Shown here: positions 32,601 through 44,410 of the stretch, piece after piece | How the letters are laid out: each line of letters begins with the position of its first letter | Position numbering within the stretch: position 1 is the stretch's first letter | Assembly (NCBI GenBank): GCA_965240325.2 | Contig: OZ251230.1 | Coordinates: forward strand, 1,550,001-1,614,000 | DNA from: Rebecca billardiae RCC1528 | Lineage: Eukaryota; Protista; Haptophyta | DNA: 64,000 nucleotides | Direction: 5' to 3' | Translations under genes and position numbers: made by a program | The notes under the pieces: generated by a model | The model's database searches: none | Told to the model about the DNA's origin: nothing | What the model saw: only the letters and a program-made list of their open reading frames with translations

Positions 32601-34028
32601 ATGGTCGACGTGAAGCACCCCAAGTGTGAATACGAGGGCTGCACCATGCGGCCTTCCTTCGGCATACCGGGCGACGCGCGCGCTAGACGGTGCGCTACGC
32701 ACAAGCTGGCCGGCATGGTCAACGCGAGGAGCCCCAAGTGTGGTCACGCGGGCTGCACCACGCAGCCTACCTTCGGCATGCCGGGCGACGCGCGCGCCAG
32801 CCGGTGCGCTACGCACAAGCTGGCCGGCATGGTCGACGCGAAGCACCCCAAGTGTGATCACACCGGCTGCACCACGCGGCCTTCCTTCGGCATACCGGGC
32901 GACGCGCGCGCCAGCCGGTGCGCTACGCACAAGCTGGCCGGCATGGTGGACGTGAGGAGCCCCAAGTGTGATCACACCGGCTGCACCAAGCTGCCTCACT
33001 TCGGCATGCCGGGAGACCCGCGCGCCAGCCGGTGCACTACGCACAAGGTGGCCGGCATGGTCGATGTGAAGAACCCCAAGTGTGAACACGCCAGCTGCAC
33101 CACGCAGCCTACCTTCGGCATGCCGGGCGACGCGCGCGCCAGCCGGTGCGCTACGCACAAGCTGGCCGGCATGGTCGACGCGAAGCACCCCAAGTGTGAT
33201 CACACCGGCTGCACCACGCGGCCTGCCTTCGGCATGCCAATCGACGCGCGCGCCAGCCGGTGCGCTACGCACAAGCTGGCCGGCATGGTGGACGTGAGGA
33301 GCCCCAAGTGTGATCACACCGGCTGCACCAAGGTGGCTTCGCTCGGCATGCTGGGCGACGCTCGCGCCAGCCGGTGCGCTACGCACAAGCTGGCCGGCAT
33401 GGTCGACGTGAAGCACCCCAAGTGTGATCACACTGGCTGCACCAAGGTGGCTTCGTTCGGCATGCCGGGCGACGCGCGCGCCAGCCGGTGCGCTACGCAC
33501 AAGCTGGCCGGCATGGTGGACGTGAGGAGCCCCAAGTGTGATCACACAGGCTGCACCACGCGGCCTTGCTTCGGCATGCCGGGTGACGCGCGCGCCAGCC
33601 GGTGCGCCACGCACAAGCTGACCGGCATGGTCGACGTGAAGCACCCCAAGTGTGATCACACTGGCTGCACCAAGCGGCCTAACTTTGGCATGCCGGGTGA
33701 CGCGCGCGCCAGCCGGTGCGCTACGCACAAGCTGGCTGGCATGGTATCATGTAGTCGGCTCGCCGTCCCCAAGCGCAGGCTGGAGCATGGCACCGGCGAC
33801 CAGGGCACACGCGCAGCCAAACGACAGCACAAACGCACCAGCCGCATTACCACCGTCTCGGACTCCGCCCCGCAGCTGCCCGAACTGCCGCCGCTGGTTG
33901 GGAGACTGGAGAGACGAGGCATCGGGGCGGATTGCCGAACGCCGCCACACGGCGGTGACACAGATGATGAGTCTGACCATTGGACGGTGACTGATGGCAT
34001 CCGATCTGTCCTCCCCTTCCGACGATGA
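32601..34028 (+). CDS. EsV-1-7-type Cys-rich repeat protein, unit 3 (10 repeats)
   Basis: 10 x 114 bp; tail ends VLPFRR. Confidence 0.85.
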   Translation: MVDVKHPKCEYEGCTMRPSFGIPGDARARRCATHKLAGMVNARSPKCGHAGCTTQPTFGMPGDARASRCATHKLAGMVDAKHPKCDHTGCTTRPSFGIPGDARASRCATHKLAGMVDVRSPKCDHTGCTKLPHFGMPGDPRASRCTTHKVAGMVDVKNPKCEHASCTTQPTFGMPGDARASRCATHKLAGMVDAKHPKCDHTGCTTRPAFGMPIDARASRCATHKLAGMVDVRSPKCDHTGCTKVASLGMLGDARASRCATHKLAGMVDVKHPKCDHTGCTKVASFGMPGDARASRCATHKLAGMVDVRSPKCDHTGCTTRPCFGMPGDARASRCATHKLTGMVDVKHPKCDHTGCTKRPNFGMPGDARASRCATHKLAGMVSCSRLAVPKRRLEHGTGDQGTRAAKRQHKRTSRITTVSDSAPQLPELPPLVGRLERRGIGADCRTPPHGGDTDDESDHWTVTDGIRSVLPFRR

Positions 34029-34117
34029 TGATGATTAGTTATTCCATTTATTCCGATTATGCTGATCGCACGTAGCACTATACTAGTTATTACCGAGTAG
34101 AACTACGTATATCATGA

Positions 34118-34929
34118 ATCTCCTTGGCGCGCGCGCGCTCGGCCTCGAGCGCGCAACGCGCGCCGCTCGGTGCGGCGGGCGCGCGCCGCTTCGCCCACGC
34201 ACGCCGCCACCCGTCCGCGGGCTGCGGCGCCGGCCGCTTGCGCGGGGCGCGGGCGCCCGACTGCACGCTCCGCAGCACCGCCGCGCGCGCGTGCTCGTCG
34301 GGGAGCAGCTTGTCCAGCTCGGGCGCCAGCGCGCGCACGTCCTGTCGTCCACCCCGACCGCGCGCAGCATGCGCTCGACGGCTGCGAACGCGCGCGTCGG
34401 CTCGAGGCGCTCGATCGTCTTGTACGCGCCGAGGGTGGCGTTGAGCCCGCCGCAGTGCTCAGACTGCCGCACGCAGTGCCGGTTGTGACGCGCCCTCGCC
34501 CGAGCGCTGCCGACGCCTCGTCGAAGCTGGGGCGCGACATGCCGAATGCCTCTGAGCAATGGCGCGCGCCGTCCATGTCACGGCCCGCGGTGCACTTGGA
34601 CGCGTACGCCGAGGCGAAGCGCTCGAGCGGCTCTCTGTAGAAGACAGCGGCGTGCCACGTCGGGTCGGCCAGCCGCGCCGCGCCGTCCTCCACGCCCAGC
34701 CCGAAGTAGCGCAGCGTGTTGGTGTTCTGCACGAACAGCTGCTTGCGCAGCGCTGGGTCGTGCGGCGTGCGGACCGTGCGGAAGAGCTGCACGAAGTTCT
34801 GGCTCACGACCTTGTCGATCTTGCAGAAGAGGAGCTGGTGCTCCGGCACGAGGATGAAGGAGCTGTACGAAACGAACGCGGCGCTCATCGCGACCGCCAC
34901 CCGGTCGCGTTGCTCCTCGCGCCCGCCAT
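34118..34929 (-). pseudogene. Sulfotransferase fragment, unit 4
   Basis: PAPS motifs present; 1-bp deletion near 34487. Confidence 0.75.
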
Positions 34930-35153
34930 TGTGCGGCCGCCATACAATTCCGCTCCGAAAGCTGATGACCACTGGCGAGCGGGCGGCGGCTGACGAAACC
35001 TTGTTGCTGCAACTTGGAGTGCGCTGGCGTGGATCCGGTGTCCGAGGCGCGGGCCGAGCGGACGCAACGTGTGGCGGCAGTGTGGCAAGCCCTCTGCAGC
35101 TCGTCACCACGCGCGCCCTTCCGGGTGACGCTGCCGGGCGACGCGCGCGCCAC

Positions 35154-36242
35154 ATGGTCGACGTGAAGCACCCCAAGTGTGATCACACCGGCTGCACCAA
35201 GGTGGCTTCGTTCGGCATGCTGGGCGACGCGCGCGCCAGCCGGTGCGCTACGCACAAGCTGGCCGGCATGGTCGACGTGAGGAGCCCCAAGTGTGATCAC
35301 ACCGGCTGCACCACGCGGCCTACCTTCGGCATGCCGGGTGACGCGCGCGCCAGCCGGTGCGCTACGCACAAGCTGACCGGCATGGTCGACTTGAAGCACC
35401 CCAAGTGTGATCACACTGGCTGCACCAAGCAGCCTAACTTCGGCATGCCAGGAGACGCGTGCGCCAGCCGGTGCGCTGCGCACAAGCTGGCCGGCATGGT
35501 CGACGTGAAGAACCCCAAGTGTGATCACACCGGCTGCACCAAGTGGCCTTCATTCGGCATGCCGGGCGAGCGGCGCGCCAGCCGGTGCGCTGCGCACAAG
35601 CTGGCCGGCATGGTCGACGTGAAGCACCCCAAGTGTGATCACACAGGCTGCACCAAGGTGGCTTCGTTCGGCATGCCGGGCGACGCGCGCGCAAGCCGGT
35701 GCGCTACGCACAAGCTGGCCGGCATGGTGGACGTGACGAGCCCCAAGTGTGATCACACAGGCTGCATCACGCGGCCTACCTTCGGCATGCCGGGCGACGC
35801 GCGCGCCAGCCGGTGCGCTGCGCACAAGCTGACCGGCATGGTCGACGTGAAGAACCCCAAGTGCGATCACACCGGCTGCACCAAGGGGCCTTCGTTCGGC
35901 ATGCCGGGCGACGCGCGCGCCAGCCGGTGCGCTACGCACAAGCTGGCCGGCATGGTACGCAGTCGGCTCGCCGTCCCCAAGCGTAGGCTGGAGCATGGCA
36001 CCGGCGACCAGGGCACACGCGCAGCCAAGCGACAGCACGAACGCACCAGCCGCATTGCCACCGTCTCGGACTCCGCCCTGCAGCTGCCCGAACTGCCGCC
36101 GCTGGTTGGGAGACTGGAGAGACGAGGCATCGGGGCGGATTGCCGTACGCCGCCACACGACGGTGACACAGATGATGAGTCTGACCATTGGACGGTGATG
36201 GCATCCGATCTGTCCTCCCGTTCCGACGATGATGATGATTAA
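35154..36242 (+). CDS. EsV-1-7-type Cys-rich repeat protein, unit 4 (7 repeats)
   Basis: 7 x 114 bp. Confidence 0.85.
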   Translation: MVDVKHPKCDHTGCTKVASFGMLGDARASRCATHKLAGMVDVRSPKCDHTGCTTRPTFGMPGDARASRCATHKLTGMVDLKHPKCDHTGCTKQPNFGMPGDACASRCAAHKLAGMVDVKNPKCDHTGCTKWPSFGMPGERRASRCAAHKLAGMVDVKHPKCDHTGCTKVASFGMPGDARASRCATHKLAGMVDVTSPKCDHTGCITRPTFGMPGDARASRCAAHKLTGMVDVKNPKCDHTGCTKGPSFGMPGDARASRCATHKLAGMVRSRLAVPKRRLEHGTGDQGTRAAKRQHERTSRIATVSDSALQLPELPPLVGRLERRGIGADCRTPPHDGDTDDESDHWTVMASDLSSRSDDDDD

Positions 36243-36319
36243 TTATTCCATTTATTCCGATTATGCTGATCGCACGTAGCACTACTAGTTATTACCGAGT
36301 AGTACTACGTATATCATGA

Positions 36320-37129
36320 ATCTCCTTGGCGCGCGCGCGCTCGGCCTCGAGCGCGCAACGCGCCGCTCGGCGCGGCGGGCGCGCGCCGCTTCGCCCACGC
36401 ACGCCGCCACCCGTCCGCGGGCTGCGGCGCCGGCCGCTTGCGCGGGGCGCGGGCGCCCGACTGCACGCTCCGCAGCACCGCCGCGCGCGCGTGCTCGTCG
36501 GGGAGCAGCTTGTCCAGCTCGGGCGCCAGCGCGCGCACGTCCTGTCGTCCACCCCGACCGCGCGCAGCATGCGCTCGACGGCTGCGAACGCGCGCGTCGG
36601 CTCGAGGCGCTCGATCGTCTTGTACGCGCCGAGGGTGGCGTTGAGCCCGCCGCAGTGCTCAGACTGCCGCACGCAGTGCCGGTTGTGACGCGCCCTCGCC
36701 CGAGCGCTGCCGACGCCTCGTCGAAGCTGGGGCGCAACATGCCAAATGCCTCTGAGCAATGGCGCGCGCCGTCCATGTCACGGCCCGCGGTGCACTTGGA
36801 CGCGTACGCCGAGGCGAAGCGCGCGAGCGGCTCTCTGTAGAAGACAGCGGCGTGCCACGTCGGGTCGGCCAGCCGCGCCGCGCCGTCCTCCACGCCCAGC
36901 CCGAAGTAGCGCAGCGTGTTGGTGTTCTGCACGAACAGCTGCTTGCGCAGCGCTGGGTCGTGCGGCGTGCGGACCGTGCGGAAGAGCTGCACGAAGTTCT
37001 GGCTCACGACCTTGTCGATCTTGCAGAAGAGGAGCTGGTGCTCCGGCACGAGGATGAAGGAGCTGTACGAAACGAACGCGGCGCTCATCGCGACCGCCAC
37101 CCGGTCGCGTTGCTCCTCGCGCCCGCCAT
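36320..37129 (-). pseudogene. Sulfotransferase fragment, unit 5
   Basis: PAPS motifs present (REPLARF variant); frameshifts. Confidence 0.75.
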
Positions 37130-37353
37130 TGTGCGGCCGCCATACAATTCCGCTCCGAAAGCTGATGACCACTGGCGAGCGGGCGGCGGCTGACGAAACC
37201 TTGTTGCTGCAACTTGGAGTGCGCGGGCGTGGATCCGGTGACCGAGGCGCGGGCCGAGCGGACGCAACGTGTGGCGGCAGTGTGGCAAGCCCTCTGCAGC
37301 TCGTCACCACGCGCGCCCTTCCGGGTGACGCTGCCGGGCGACGCGCGCGCCAC

Positions 37354-38670
37354 ATGGTCGACGTGAAGCACCCCAAGTGTGATCACACCGGCTGCACCAA
37401 GGTGGCTTCGTTCGGCATGCTGGGCGACGCGCGCGCCAGCCGGTGCGCTACGCACAAGGTGGCCGGCATGGTCGACCTGAAGCACCCCAAGTGTGATCAC
37501 ACCGGCTGCACCAAGGTGCCTTCCTTCGGCATGCCGGGCGACGCGCGCGCCATCCGGTGCGCTACGCACAAGCTGGCCGGCATGGTCGACCTGAAGAACC
37601 CCAAGTGTGATCACACCGGCTGCACCACGCGGCCTACCTTCGGCATGCCGGGTGACGCGCGCGCCAGCCGGTGCGCTACGCACAAGCTGCCCGGCATGGT
37701 CGACTTGAAGCACCCCAAGTGTGATCACACTGGCTGCACCAAGCAGCCTAACTTCGGCATGCCAGGAGACGCGTGCGCCAGCCGGTGCGCTACGCACAAG
37801 CTGGCCGGCATGGTCGACGTGAAGAACCCCAAGTGTGATCACACCGGCTGCACCAAGTGGCCTTCATTCGGCATGCCGGGCGAGCGGCGCGCCAGCCGGT
37901 GCGCTGCGCACAAGCTGGCCGGCATGGTCGACGTGAAGCACCCCAAGTGTGATCACACAGGCTGCACCAAGGTGGCTTCGTTCGGCATGCCGGGCGACGC
38001 GCGCGCAAGCCGGTGCGCTACGCACAAGCTGGCCGGCATGGTGGACGTGACGAGCCCCAAGTGTGATCACACAGGCTGCATCACGCGGCCTACCTTCGGC
38101 ATGCCGGGCGACGCGCGCGCCAGCCGGTGCGCTGCGCACAAGCTGACCGGCATGGTCGACCTGAAGCACCCCAAGTGTGATCACACCGGCTGCACCACGC
38201 GGCCTTCCTTCGGCATGCCGGGCGACGCGCGCGCCATCCGGTGCGCTACGCACAAGCTGGCCGGCATGGTGGACGTGAGGAGCCCCAAGTGTGATAACAC
38301 TGGCTGCACCAAGCAGCCTAACTTCGGCATGCCGGGCGACGCGCGCGCCAGCCGGTGCGCTACGCACAAGCTGGCCGGCATGGTACGCAGTCGGCTCGCC
38401 GTCCCCAAGCGTAGGCTGGAGCATGGCACCGGCGACCAGGGCACACGCGCAGCCAAGCGACAGCACGAACGCACCAGCCGCATTGCCACCGTCTCGGACT
38501 CCGCCCTGCAGCTGCCCGAACTGCCGCCGCTGGTTGGGAGACTGGAGAGACGAGGCATCGGGGCGGATTGCCGTACGCCGCCACACGACGGTGACACAGA
38601 TGATGAGTCTGACCATTGGACGGTGATGGCATCCGATCTGTCCTCCCGTTCCGACGATGATGATGATTAA
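37354..38670 (+). CDS. EsV-1-7-type Cys-rich repeat protein, unit 5 (9 repeats)
   Basis: 9 x 114 bp. Confidence 0.85.
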   Translation: MVDVKHPKCDHTGCTKVASFGMLGDARASRCATHKVAGMVDLKHPKCDHTGCTKVPSFGMPGDARAIRCATHKLAGMVDLKNPKCDHTGCTTRPTFGMPGDARASRCATHKLPGMVDLKHPKCDHTGCTKQPNFGMPGDACASRCATHKLAGMVDVKNPKCDHTGCTKWPSFGMPGERRASRCAAHKLAGMVDVKHPKCDHTGCTKVASFGMPGDARASRCATHKLAGMVDVTSPKCDHTGCITRPTFGMPGDARASRCAAHKLTGMVDLKHPKCDHTGCTTRPSFGMPGDARAIRCATHKLAGMVDVRSPKCDNTGCTKQPNFGMPGDARASRCATHKLAGMVRSRLAVPKRRLEHGTGDQGTRAAKRQHERTSRIATVSDSALQLPELPPLVGRLERRGIGADCRTPPHDGDTDDESDHWTVMASDLSSRSDDDDD

Positions 38671-38749
38671 TTATTCCATTTATTCCGATTATGCTGATCG
38701 CACGTAGCACTATACTAGTTATTACCGAGTAGAACTACGTATATCATGA

Positions 38750-39561
38750 ATCTCCTTGGCGCGCGCGCGCTCGGCCTCGAGCGCGCAACGCGCGCCGCTC
38801 GGTGCGGCGGGCGCGCGCCGCTTCGCCCACGCACGCCGCCACCCGTCCGCGGGCTGCGGCGCCGGCCGCTTGCGCGGGGCGCGGGCGCCCGACTGCACGC
38901 TCCGCAGCACCGCCGCGCGCGCGTGCTCGTCGGGGAGCAGCTTGTCCAGCTCGGGCGCCAGCGCGCGCACGTCCTGTCGTCCACCCCGACCGCGCGCAGC
39001 ATGCGCTCGACGGCTGCGAACGCGCGCGTCGGCTCGAGGCGCTCGATCGTCTTGTACGCGCCGAGGGTGGCGTTGAGCCCGCCGCAGTGCTCAGACTGCC
39101 GCACGCAGTGCCGGTTGTGACGCGCCCTCGCCCGAGCGCTGCCGACGCCTCGTCGAAGCTGGGGCGCGACATGCCGAATGCCTCTGAGCAATGGCGCGCG
39201 CCGTCCATGTCACGGCCCGCGGTGCACTTGGACGCGTACGCCGAGGCGAAGCGCTCGAGCGGCTCTCTGTAGAAGACAGCGGCGTGCCACGTCGGGTCGG
39301 CCAGCCGCGCCGCGCCGTCCTCCACGCCCAGCCCGAAGTAGCGCAGCGTGTTGGTGTTCTGCACGAACAGCTGCTTGCGCAGCGCTGGGTCGTGCGGCGT
39401 GCGGACCGTGCGGAAGAGCTGCACGAAGTTCTGGCTCACGACCTTGTCGATCTTGCAGAAGAGGAGCTGGTGCTCCGGCACGAGGATGAAGGAGCTGTAC
39501 GAAACGAACGCGGCGCTCATCGCGACCGCCACCCGGTCGCGTTGCTCCTCGCGCCCGCCAT
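38750..39561 (-). pseudogene. Sulfotransferase fragment, unit 6
   Basis: Essentially identical to the unit 4 fragment. Confidence 0.75.
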
Positions 39562-39784
39562 TGTGCGGCCGCCATACAATTCCGCTCCGAAAGCTGATGA
39601 CCACTGGCGAGCGGGCGGCGGCTGACGAAACCTTGTTGCTGCAACTTGGAGTGCGCTGGCGTGGATCCGGTGACCGAGGCGCGGGCCGAGCGGACGCACG
39701 TGTGGCGGCAGTGTGGCAAGCCCTCTGCAGCTCGTCACCACGCGCGCCCTTCCGGGTGACGCTGCCGGGCGACGCGCGCGCCAC

Positions 39785-40873
39785 ATGGTCGACGTGAAGC
39801 ACCCCAAGTGTGATCACACCGGCTGCACCAAGGTGGCTTCGTTCGGCATGCTGGGCGACGCGCGCGCCAGCCGGTGCGCTACGCACAAGCTGGCCGGCAT
39901 GGTCGACGTGAGGAGCCCCAAGTGTGATCACACCGGCTGCACCACGCGGCCTACCTTCGGCATGCCGGGTGACGCGCGCGCCAGCCGGTGCGCTACGCAC
40001 AAGCTGACCGGCATGGTCGACTTGAAGCACCCCAAGTGTGATCACACTGGCTGCACCAAGCAGCCTAACTTCGGCATGCCAGGAGACGCGTGCGCCAGCC
40101 GGTGCGCTGCGCACAAGCTGGCCGGCATGGTCGACGTGAAGAACCCCAAGTGTGATCACACCGGCTGCACCAAGTGGCCTTCATTCGGCATGCCGGGCGA
40201 GCGGCGCGCCAGCCGGTGCGCTGCGCACAAGCTGGCCGGCATGGTCGACGTGAAGCACCCCAAGTGTGATCACACAGGCTGCACCAAGGTGGCTTCGTTC
40301 GGCATGCCGGGCGACGCGCGCGCAAGCCGGTGCGCTACGCACAAGCTGGCCGGCATGGTGGACGTGACGAGCCCCAAGTGTGATCACACAGGCTGCATCA
40401 CGCGGCCTACCTTCGGCATGCCGGGCGACGCGCGCGCCAGCCGGTGCGCTGCGCACAAGCTGACCGGCATGGTCGACGTGAAGAACCCCAAGTGCGATCA
40501 CACCGGCTGCACCAAGGGGCCTTCGTTCGGCATGCCGGGCGACGCGCGCGCCAGCCGGTGCGCTACGCACAAGCTGGCCGGCATGGTACGCAGTCGGCTC
40601 GCCGTCCCCAAGCGTAGGCTGGAGCATGGCACCGGCGACCAGGGCACACGCGCAGCCAAGCGACAGCACGAACGCACCAGCCGCATTGCCACCGTCTCGG
40701 ACTCCGCCCTGCAGCTGCCCGAACTGCCGCCGCTGGTTGGGAGACTGGAGAGACGAGGCATCGGGGCGGATTGCCGTACGCCGCCACACGACGGTGACAC
40801 AGATGATGAGTCTGACCATTGGACGGTGATGGCATCCGATCTGTCCTCCCGTTCCGACGATGATGATGATTAA
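39785..40873 (+). CDS. EsV-1-7-type Cys-rich repeat protein, unit 6 (7 repeats; same as unit 4)
   Basis: 7 x 114 bp in the same repeat order as unit 4. Confidence 0.85.
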   Translation: MVDVKHPKCDHTGCTKVASFGMLGDARASRCATHKLAGMVDVRSPKCDHTGCTTRPTFGMPGDARASRCATHKLTGMVDLKHPKCDHTGCTKQPNFGMPGDACASRCAAHKLAGMVDVKNPKCDHTGCTKWPSFGMPGERRASRCAAHKLAGMVDVKHPKCDHTGCTKVASFGMPGDARASRCATHKLAGMVDVTSPKCDHTGCITRPTFGMPGDARASRCAAHKLTGMVDVKNPKCDHTGCTKGPSFGMPGDARASRCATHKLAGMVRSRLAVPKRRLEHGTGDQGTRAAKRQHERTSRIATVSDSALQLPELPPLVGRLERRGIGADCRTPPHDGDTDDESDHWTVMASDLSSRSDDDDD

Positions 40874-40950
40874 TTATTCCATTTATTCCGATTATGCTGA
40901 TCGCACGTAGCACTACTAGTTATTACCGAGTAGTACTACGTATATCATGA

Positions 40951-41760
40951 ATCTCCTTGGCGCGCGCGCGCTCGGCCTCGAGCGCGCAACGCGCCGCTCG
41001 GCGCGGCGGGCGCGCGCCGCTTCGCCCACGCACGCCGCCACCCGTCCGCGGGCTGCGGCGCCGGCCGCTTGCGCGGGGCGCGGGCGCCCGACTGCACGCT
41101 CCGCAGCACCGCCGCGCGCGCGTGCTCGTCGGGGAGCAGCTTGTCCAGCTCGGGCGCCAGCGCGCGCACGTCCTGTCGTCCACCCCGACCGCGCGCAGCA
41201 TGCGCTCGACGGCTGCGAACGCGCGCGTCGGCTCGAGGCGCTCGATCGTCTTGTACGCGCCGAGGGTGGCGTTGAGCCCGCCGCAGTGCTCAGACTGCCG
41301 CACGCAGTGCCGGTTGTGACGCGCCCTCGCCCGAGCGCTGCCGACGCCTCGTCGAAGCTGGGGCGCAACATGCCAAATGCCTCTGAGCAATGGCGCGCGC
41401 CGTCCATGTCACGGCCCGCGGTGCACTTGGACGCGTACGCCGAGGCGAAGCGCGCGAGCGGCTCTCTGTAGAAGACAGCGGCGTGCCACGTCGGGTCGGC
41501 CAGCCGCGCCGCGCCGTCCTCCACGCCCAGCCCGAAGTAGCGCAGCGTGTTGGTGTTCTGCACGAACAGCTGCTTGCGCAGCGCTGGGTCGTGCGGCGTG
41601 CGGACCGTGCGGAAGAGCTGCACGAAGTTCTGGCTCACGACCTTGTCGATCTTGCAGAAGAGGAGCTGGTGCTCCGGCACGAGGATGAAGGAGCTGTACG
41701 AAACGAACGCGGCGCTCATCGCGACCGCCACCCGGTCGCGTTGCTCCTCGCGCCCGCCAT
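40951..41760 (-). pseudogene. Sulfotransferase fragment, unit 7
   Basis: Essentially identical to the unit 5 fragment. Confidence 0.75.
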
Positions 41761-41984
41761 TGTGCGGCCGCCATACAATTCCGCTCCGAAAGCTGATGAC
41801 CACTGGCGAGCGGGCGGCGGCTGACGAAACCTTGTTGCTGCAACTTGGAGTGCGCGGGCGTGGATCCGGTGACCGAGGCGCGGGCCGAGCGGACGCAACG
41901 TGTGGCGGCAGTGTGGCAAGCCCTCTGCAGCTCGTCACCACGCGCGCCCTTCCGGGTGACGCTGCCGGGCGACGCGCGCGCCAC

Positions 41985-43301
41985 ATGGTCGACGTGAAGC
42001 ACCCCAAGTGTGATCACACCGGCTGCACCAAGGTGGCTTCGTTCGGCATGCTGGGCGACGCGCGCGCCAGCCGGTGCGCTACGCACAAGGTGGCCGGCAT
42101 GGTCGACCTGAAGCACCCCAAGTGTGATCACACCGGCTGCACCAAGGTGCCTTCCTTCGGCATGCCGGGCGACGCGCGCGCCATCCGGTGCGCTACGCAC
42201 AAGCTGGCCGGCATGGTCGACCTGAAGAACCCCAAGTGTGATCACACCGGCTGCACCACGCGGCCTACCTTCGGCATGCCGGGTGACGCGCGCGCCAGCC
42301 GGTGCGCTACGCACAAGCTGCCCGGCATGGTCGACTTGAAGCACCCCAAGTGTGATCACACTGGCTGCACCAAGCAGCCTAACTTCGGCATGCCAGGAGA
42401 CGCGTGCGCCAGCCGGTGCGCTACGCACAAGCTGGCCGGCATGGTCGACGTGAAGAACCCCAAGTGTGATCACACCGGCTGCACCAAGTGGCCTTCATTC
42501 GGCATGCCGGGCGAGCGGCGCGCCAGCCGGTGCGCTGCGCACAAGCTGGCCGGCATGGTCGACGTGAAGCACCCCAAGTGTGATCACACAGGCTGCACCA
42601 AGGTGGCTTCGTTCGGCATGCCGGGCGACGCGCGCGCAAGCCGGTGCGCTACGCACAAGCTGGCCGGCATGGTGGACGTGACGAGCCCCAAGTGTGATCA
42701 CACAGGCTGCATCACGCGGCCTACCTTCGGCATGCCGGGCGACGCGCGCGCCAGCCGGTGCGCTGCGCACAAGCTGACCGGCATGGTCGACCTGAAGCAC
42801 CCCAAGTGTGATCACACCGGCTGCACCACGCGGCCTTCCTTCGGCATGCCGGGCGACGCGCGCGCCATCCGGTGCGCTACGCACAAGCTGGCCGGCATGG
42901 TGGACGTGAGGAGCCCCAAGTGTGATAACACTGGCTGCACCAAGCAGCCTAACTTCGGCATGCCGGGCGACGCGCGCGCCAGCCGGTGCGCTACGCACAA
43001 GCTGGCCGGCATGGTATGCAGTCGGCTCGCCGTCCCCAAGCGTAGGCTGGAGCATGGCACAGGCGACCAGGGCACACGCGCAGCCAAGCGACAGCACGAA
43101 CGCACCAGCCGCATTGCCACCGTCTCGGACTCCGCCCCGCAGCTGCCCGAACTGCCGCCGCTGGTTGGGAGACTGGAGAGACGAGGCATCGGGGCGGATT
43201 GCCGAACGCCGCCACACGGCGGTGACACAGATGATGAGTCTGACCATTGGACGGTGATGGCATCCGATCTGTCCTCCCCTTCCGACGACGATGATGATTA
43301 A
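41985..43301 (+). CDS. EsV-1-7-type Cys-rich repeat protein, unit 7 (9 repeats; same repeats as unit 5)
   Basis: 9 x 114 bp; tail of the unit-8 type. Confidence 0.85.
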   Translation: MVDVKHPKCDHTGCTKVASFGMLGDARASRCATHKVAGMVDLKHPKCDHTGCTKVPSFGMPGDARAIRCATHKLAGMVDLKNPKCDHTGCTTRPTFGMPGDARASRCATHKLPGMVDLKHPKCDHTGCTKQPNFGMPGDACASRCATHKLAGMVDVKNPKCDHTGCTKWPSFGMPGERRASRCAAHKLAGMVDVKHPKCDHTGCTKVASFGMPGDARASRCATHKLAGMVDVTSPKCDHTGCITRPTFGMPGDARASRCAAHKLTGMVDLKHPKCDHTGCTTRPSFGMPGDARAIRCATHKLAGMVDVRSPKCDNTGCTKQPNFGMPGDARASRCATHKLAGMVCSRLAVPKRRLEHGTGDQGTRAAKRQHERTSRIATVSDSAPQLPELPPLVGRLERRGIGADCRTPPHGGDTDDESDHWTVMASDLSSPSDDDDD

Positions 43302-43378
43302 TTATTCCATTTATTCCGATTATGCTGATCGCACGTAGCACTACTAGTTATTACCGTGTAGTACTACGTATATCATGA

Positions 43379-44185
43379 ATCTCCTTGGCGCGCGCGCGCT
43401 CGGCCTCGAGCGCTACGCGCCTCTCGGCGCGGCGGGCGCGCGCCGTTTCGCCCACGCACGCCGCCACCCGTCCGCGGGCTGCGGCGCCGGCCGCTTGCGC
43501 GGGGCGCGGGCGCCCGACTGCACGCTCCGCAGCACCGCCGCGCGCGCGTGCTCGTCGGGGAGCAGCTTGTCCAGCTCGGGCGCCAGCGCGCGCACGTCCT
43601 GTCGTCCACCCCGACCGCGCGCAGCATGCGCTCGACGGCTGCGAACGCGCGCGTCGGCTCGAGGCGCTCGATCGTCTTGTACGCGCCGAGGGTGGCGTTG
43701 AGCCCGCCGCAGTGCTCAGACTGCCGCACGCAGTGCCGGTTGTGCACGCGCCCTCGCCCGAGCGCTGCCGCCGCCTCGTCGAAGCTGGGGCGCGACATGC
43801 CGAATGCCTCCGAGCAATGGCGCGCGCCGTCCATGTCACGGCCCGCGGTGCACTTGGACGCGTACGCCGAGGCGAAGCGCTCGAGCGGCTCTCTGTAGAA
43901 GACAGCGGCGTGCCACGTCGGGTCGGCCAGCCGCGCCGCGGCGTCCTCCACGCCCAGCCCGAAGTAGCGCAGCGTGTTGGTGTTCTGCACGAACAGCTGC
44001 TTGCGCAGCGCTGGGTCGTGCGGCGTGCGGACCGCGCGGAAGAGCTGCACGAAGTTCCGGCTCACGACCTTGTCGATCTTGCAGAAGAGGAGCTGGTGCT
44101 CCGGCACGAGGATGAAGGAGCTGTACGAAACGAACGCGGCGCTCAGGCGACCGCCACCCGGTCGCGTTGCTCCTCGCGCCCGCCA
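43379..44185 (-). pseudogene. Sulfotransferase fragment, unit 8
   Basis: PAPS motifs present; frameshift after AVGVDD. Confidence 0.75.
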
Positions 44186-44410
44186 TTGTGCGGCCGCCAT
44201 ACAATTCCGCTCCGAAAGCTGATGACCACTGGCGAGCGGGCGGCGGCTGACGAAACCTTGTTGCTGCAACTTGGAGTGCGCGGGCGTGGATCCGGTGACC
44301 GAGGCGCGGGCCGAGCGGACGCAACGTGTGGCGGCAGTGTGGCAAGCCCTCTGCAGCTCGTCACCACGCGCGCCCTTCCGGGTGACGCTGCCGGGCGACG
44401 CGCGCGCCAC

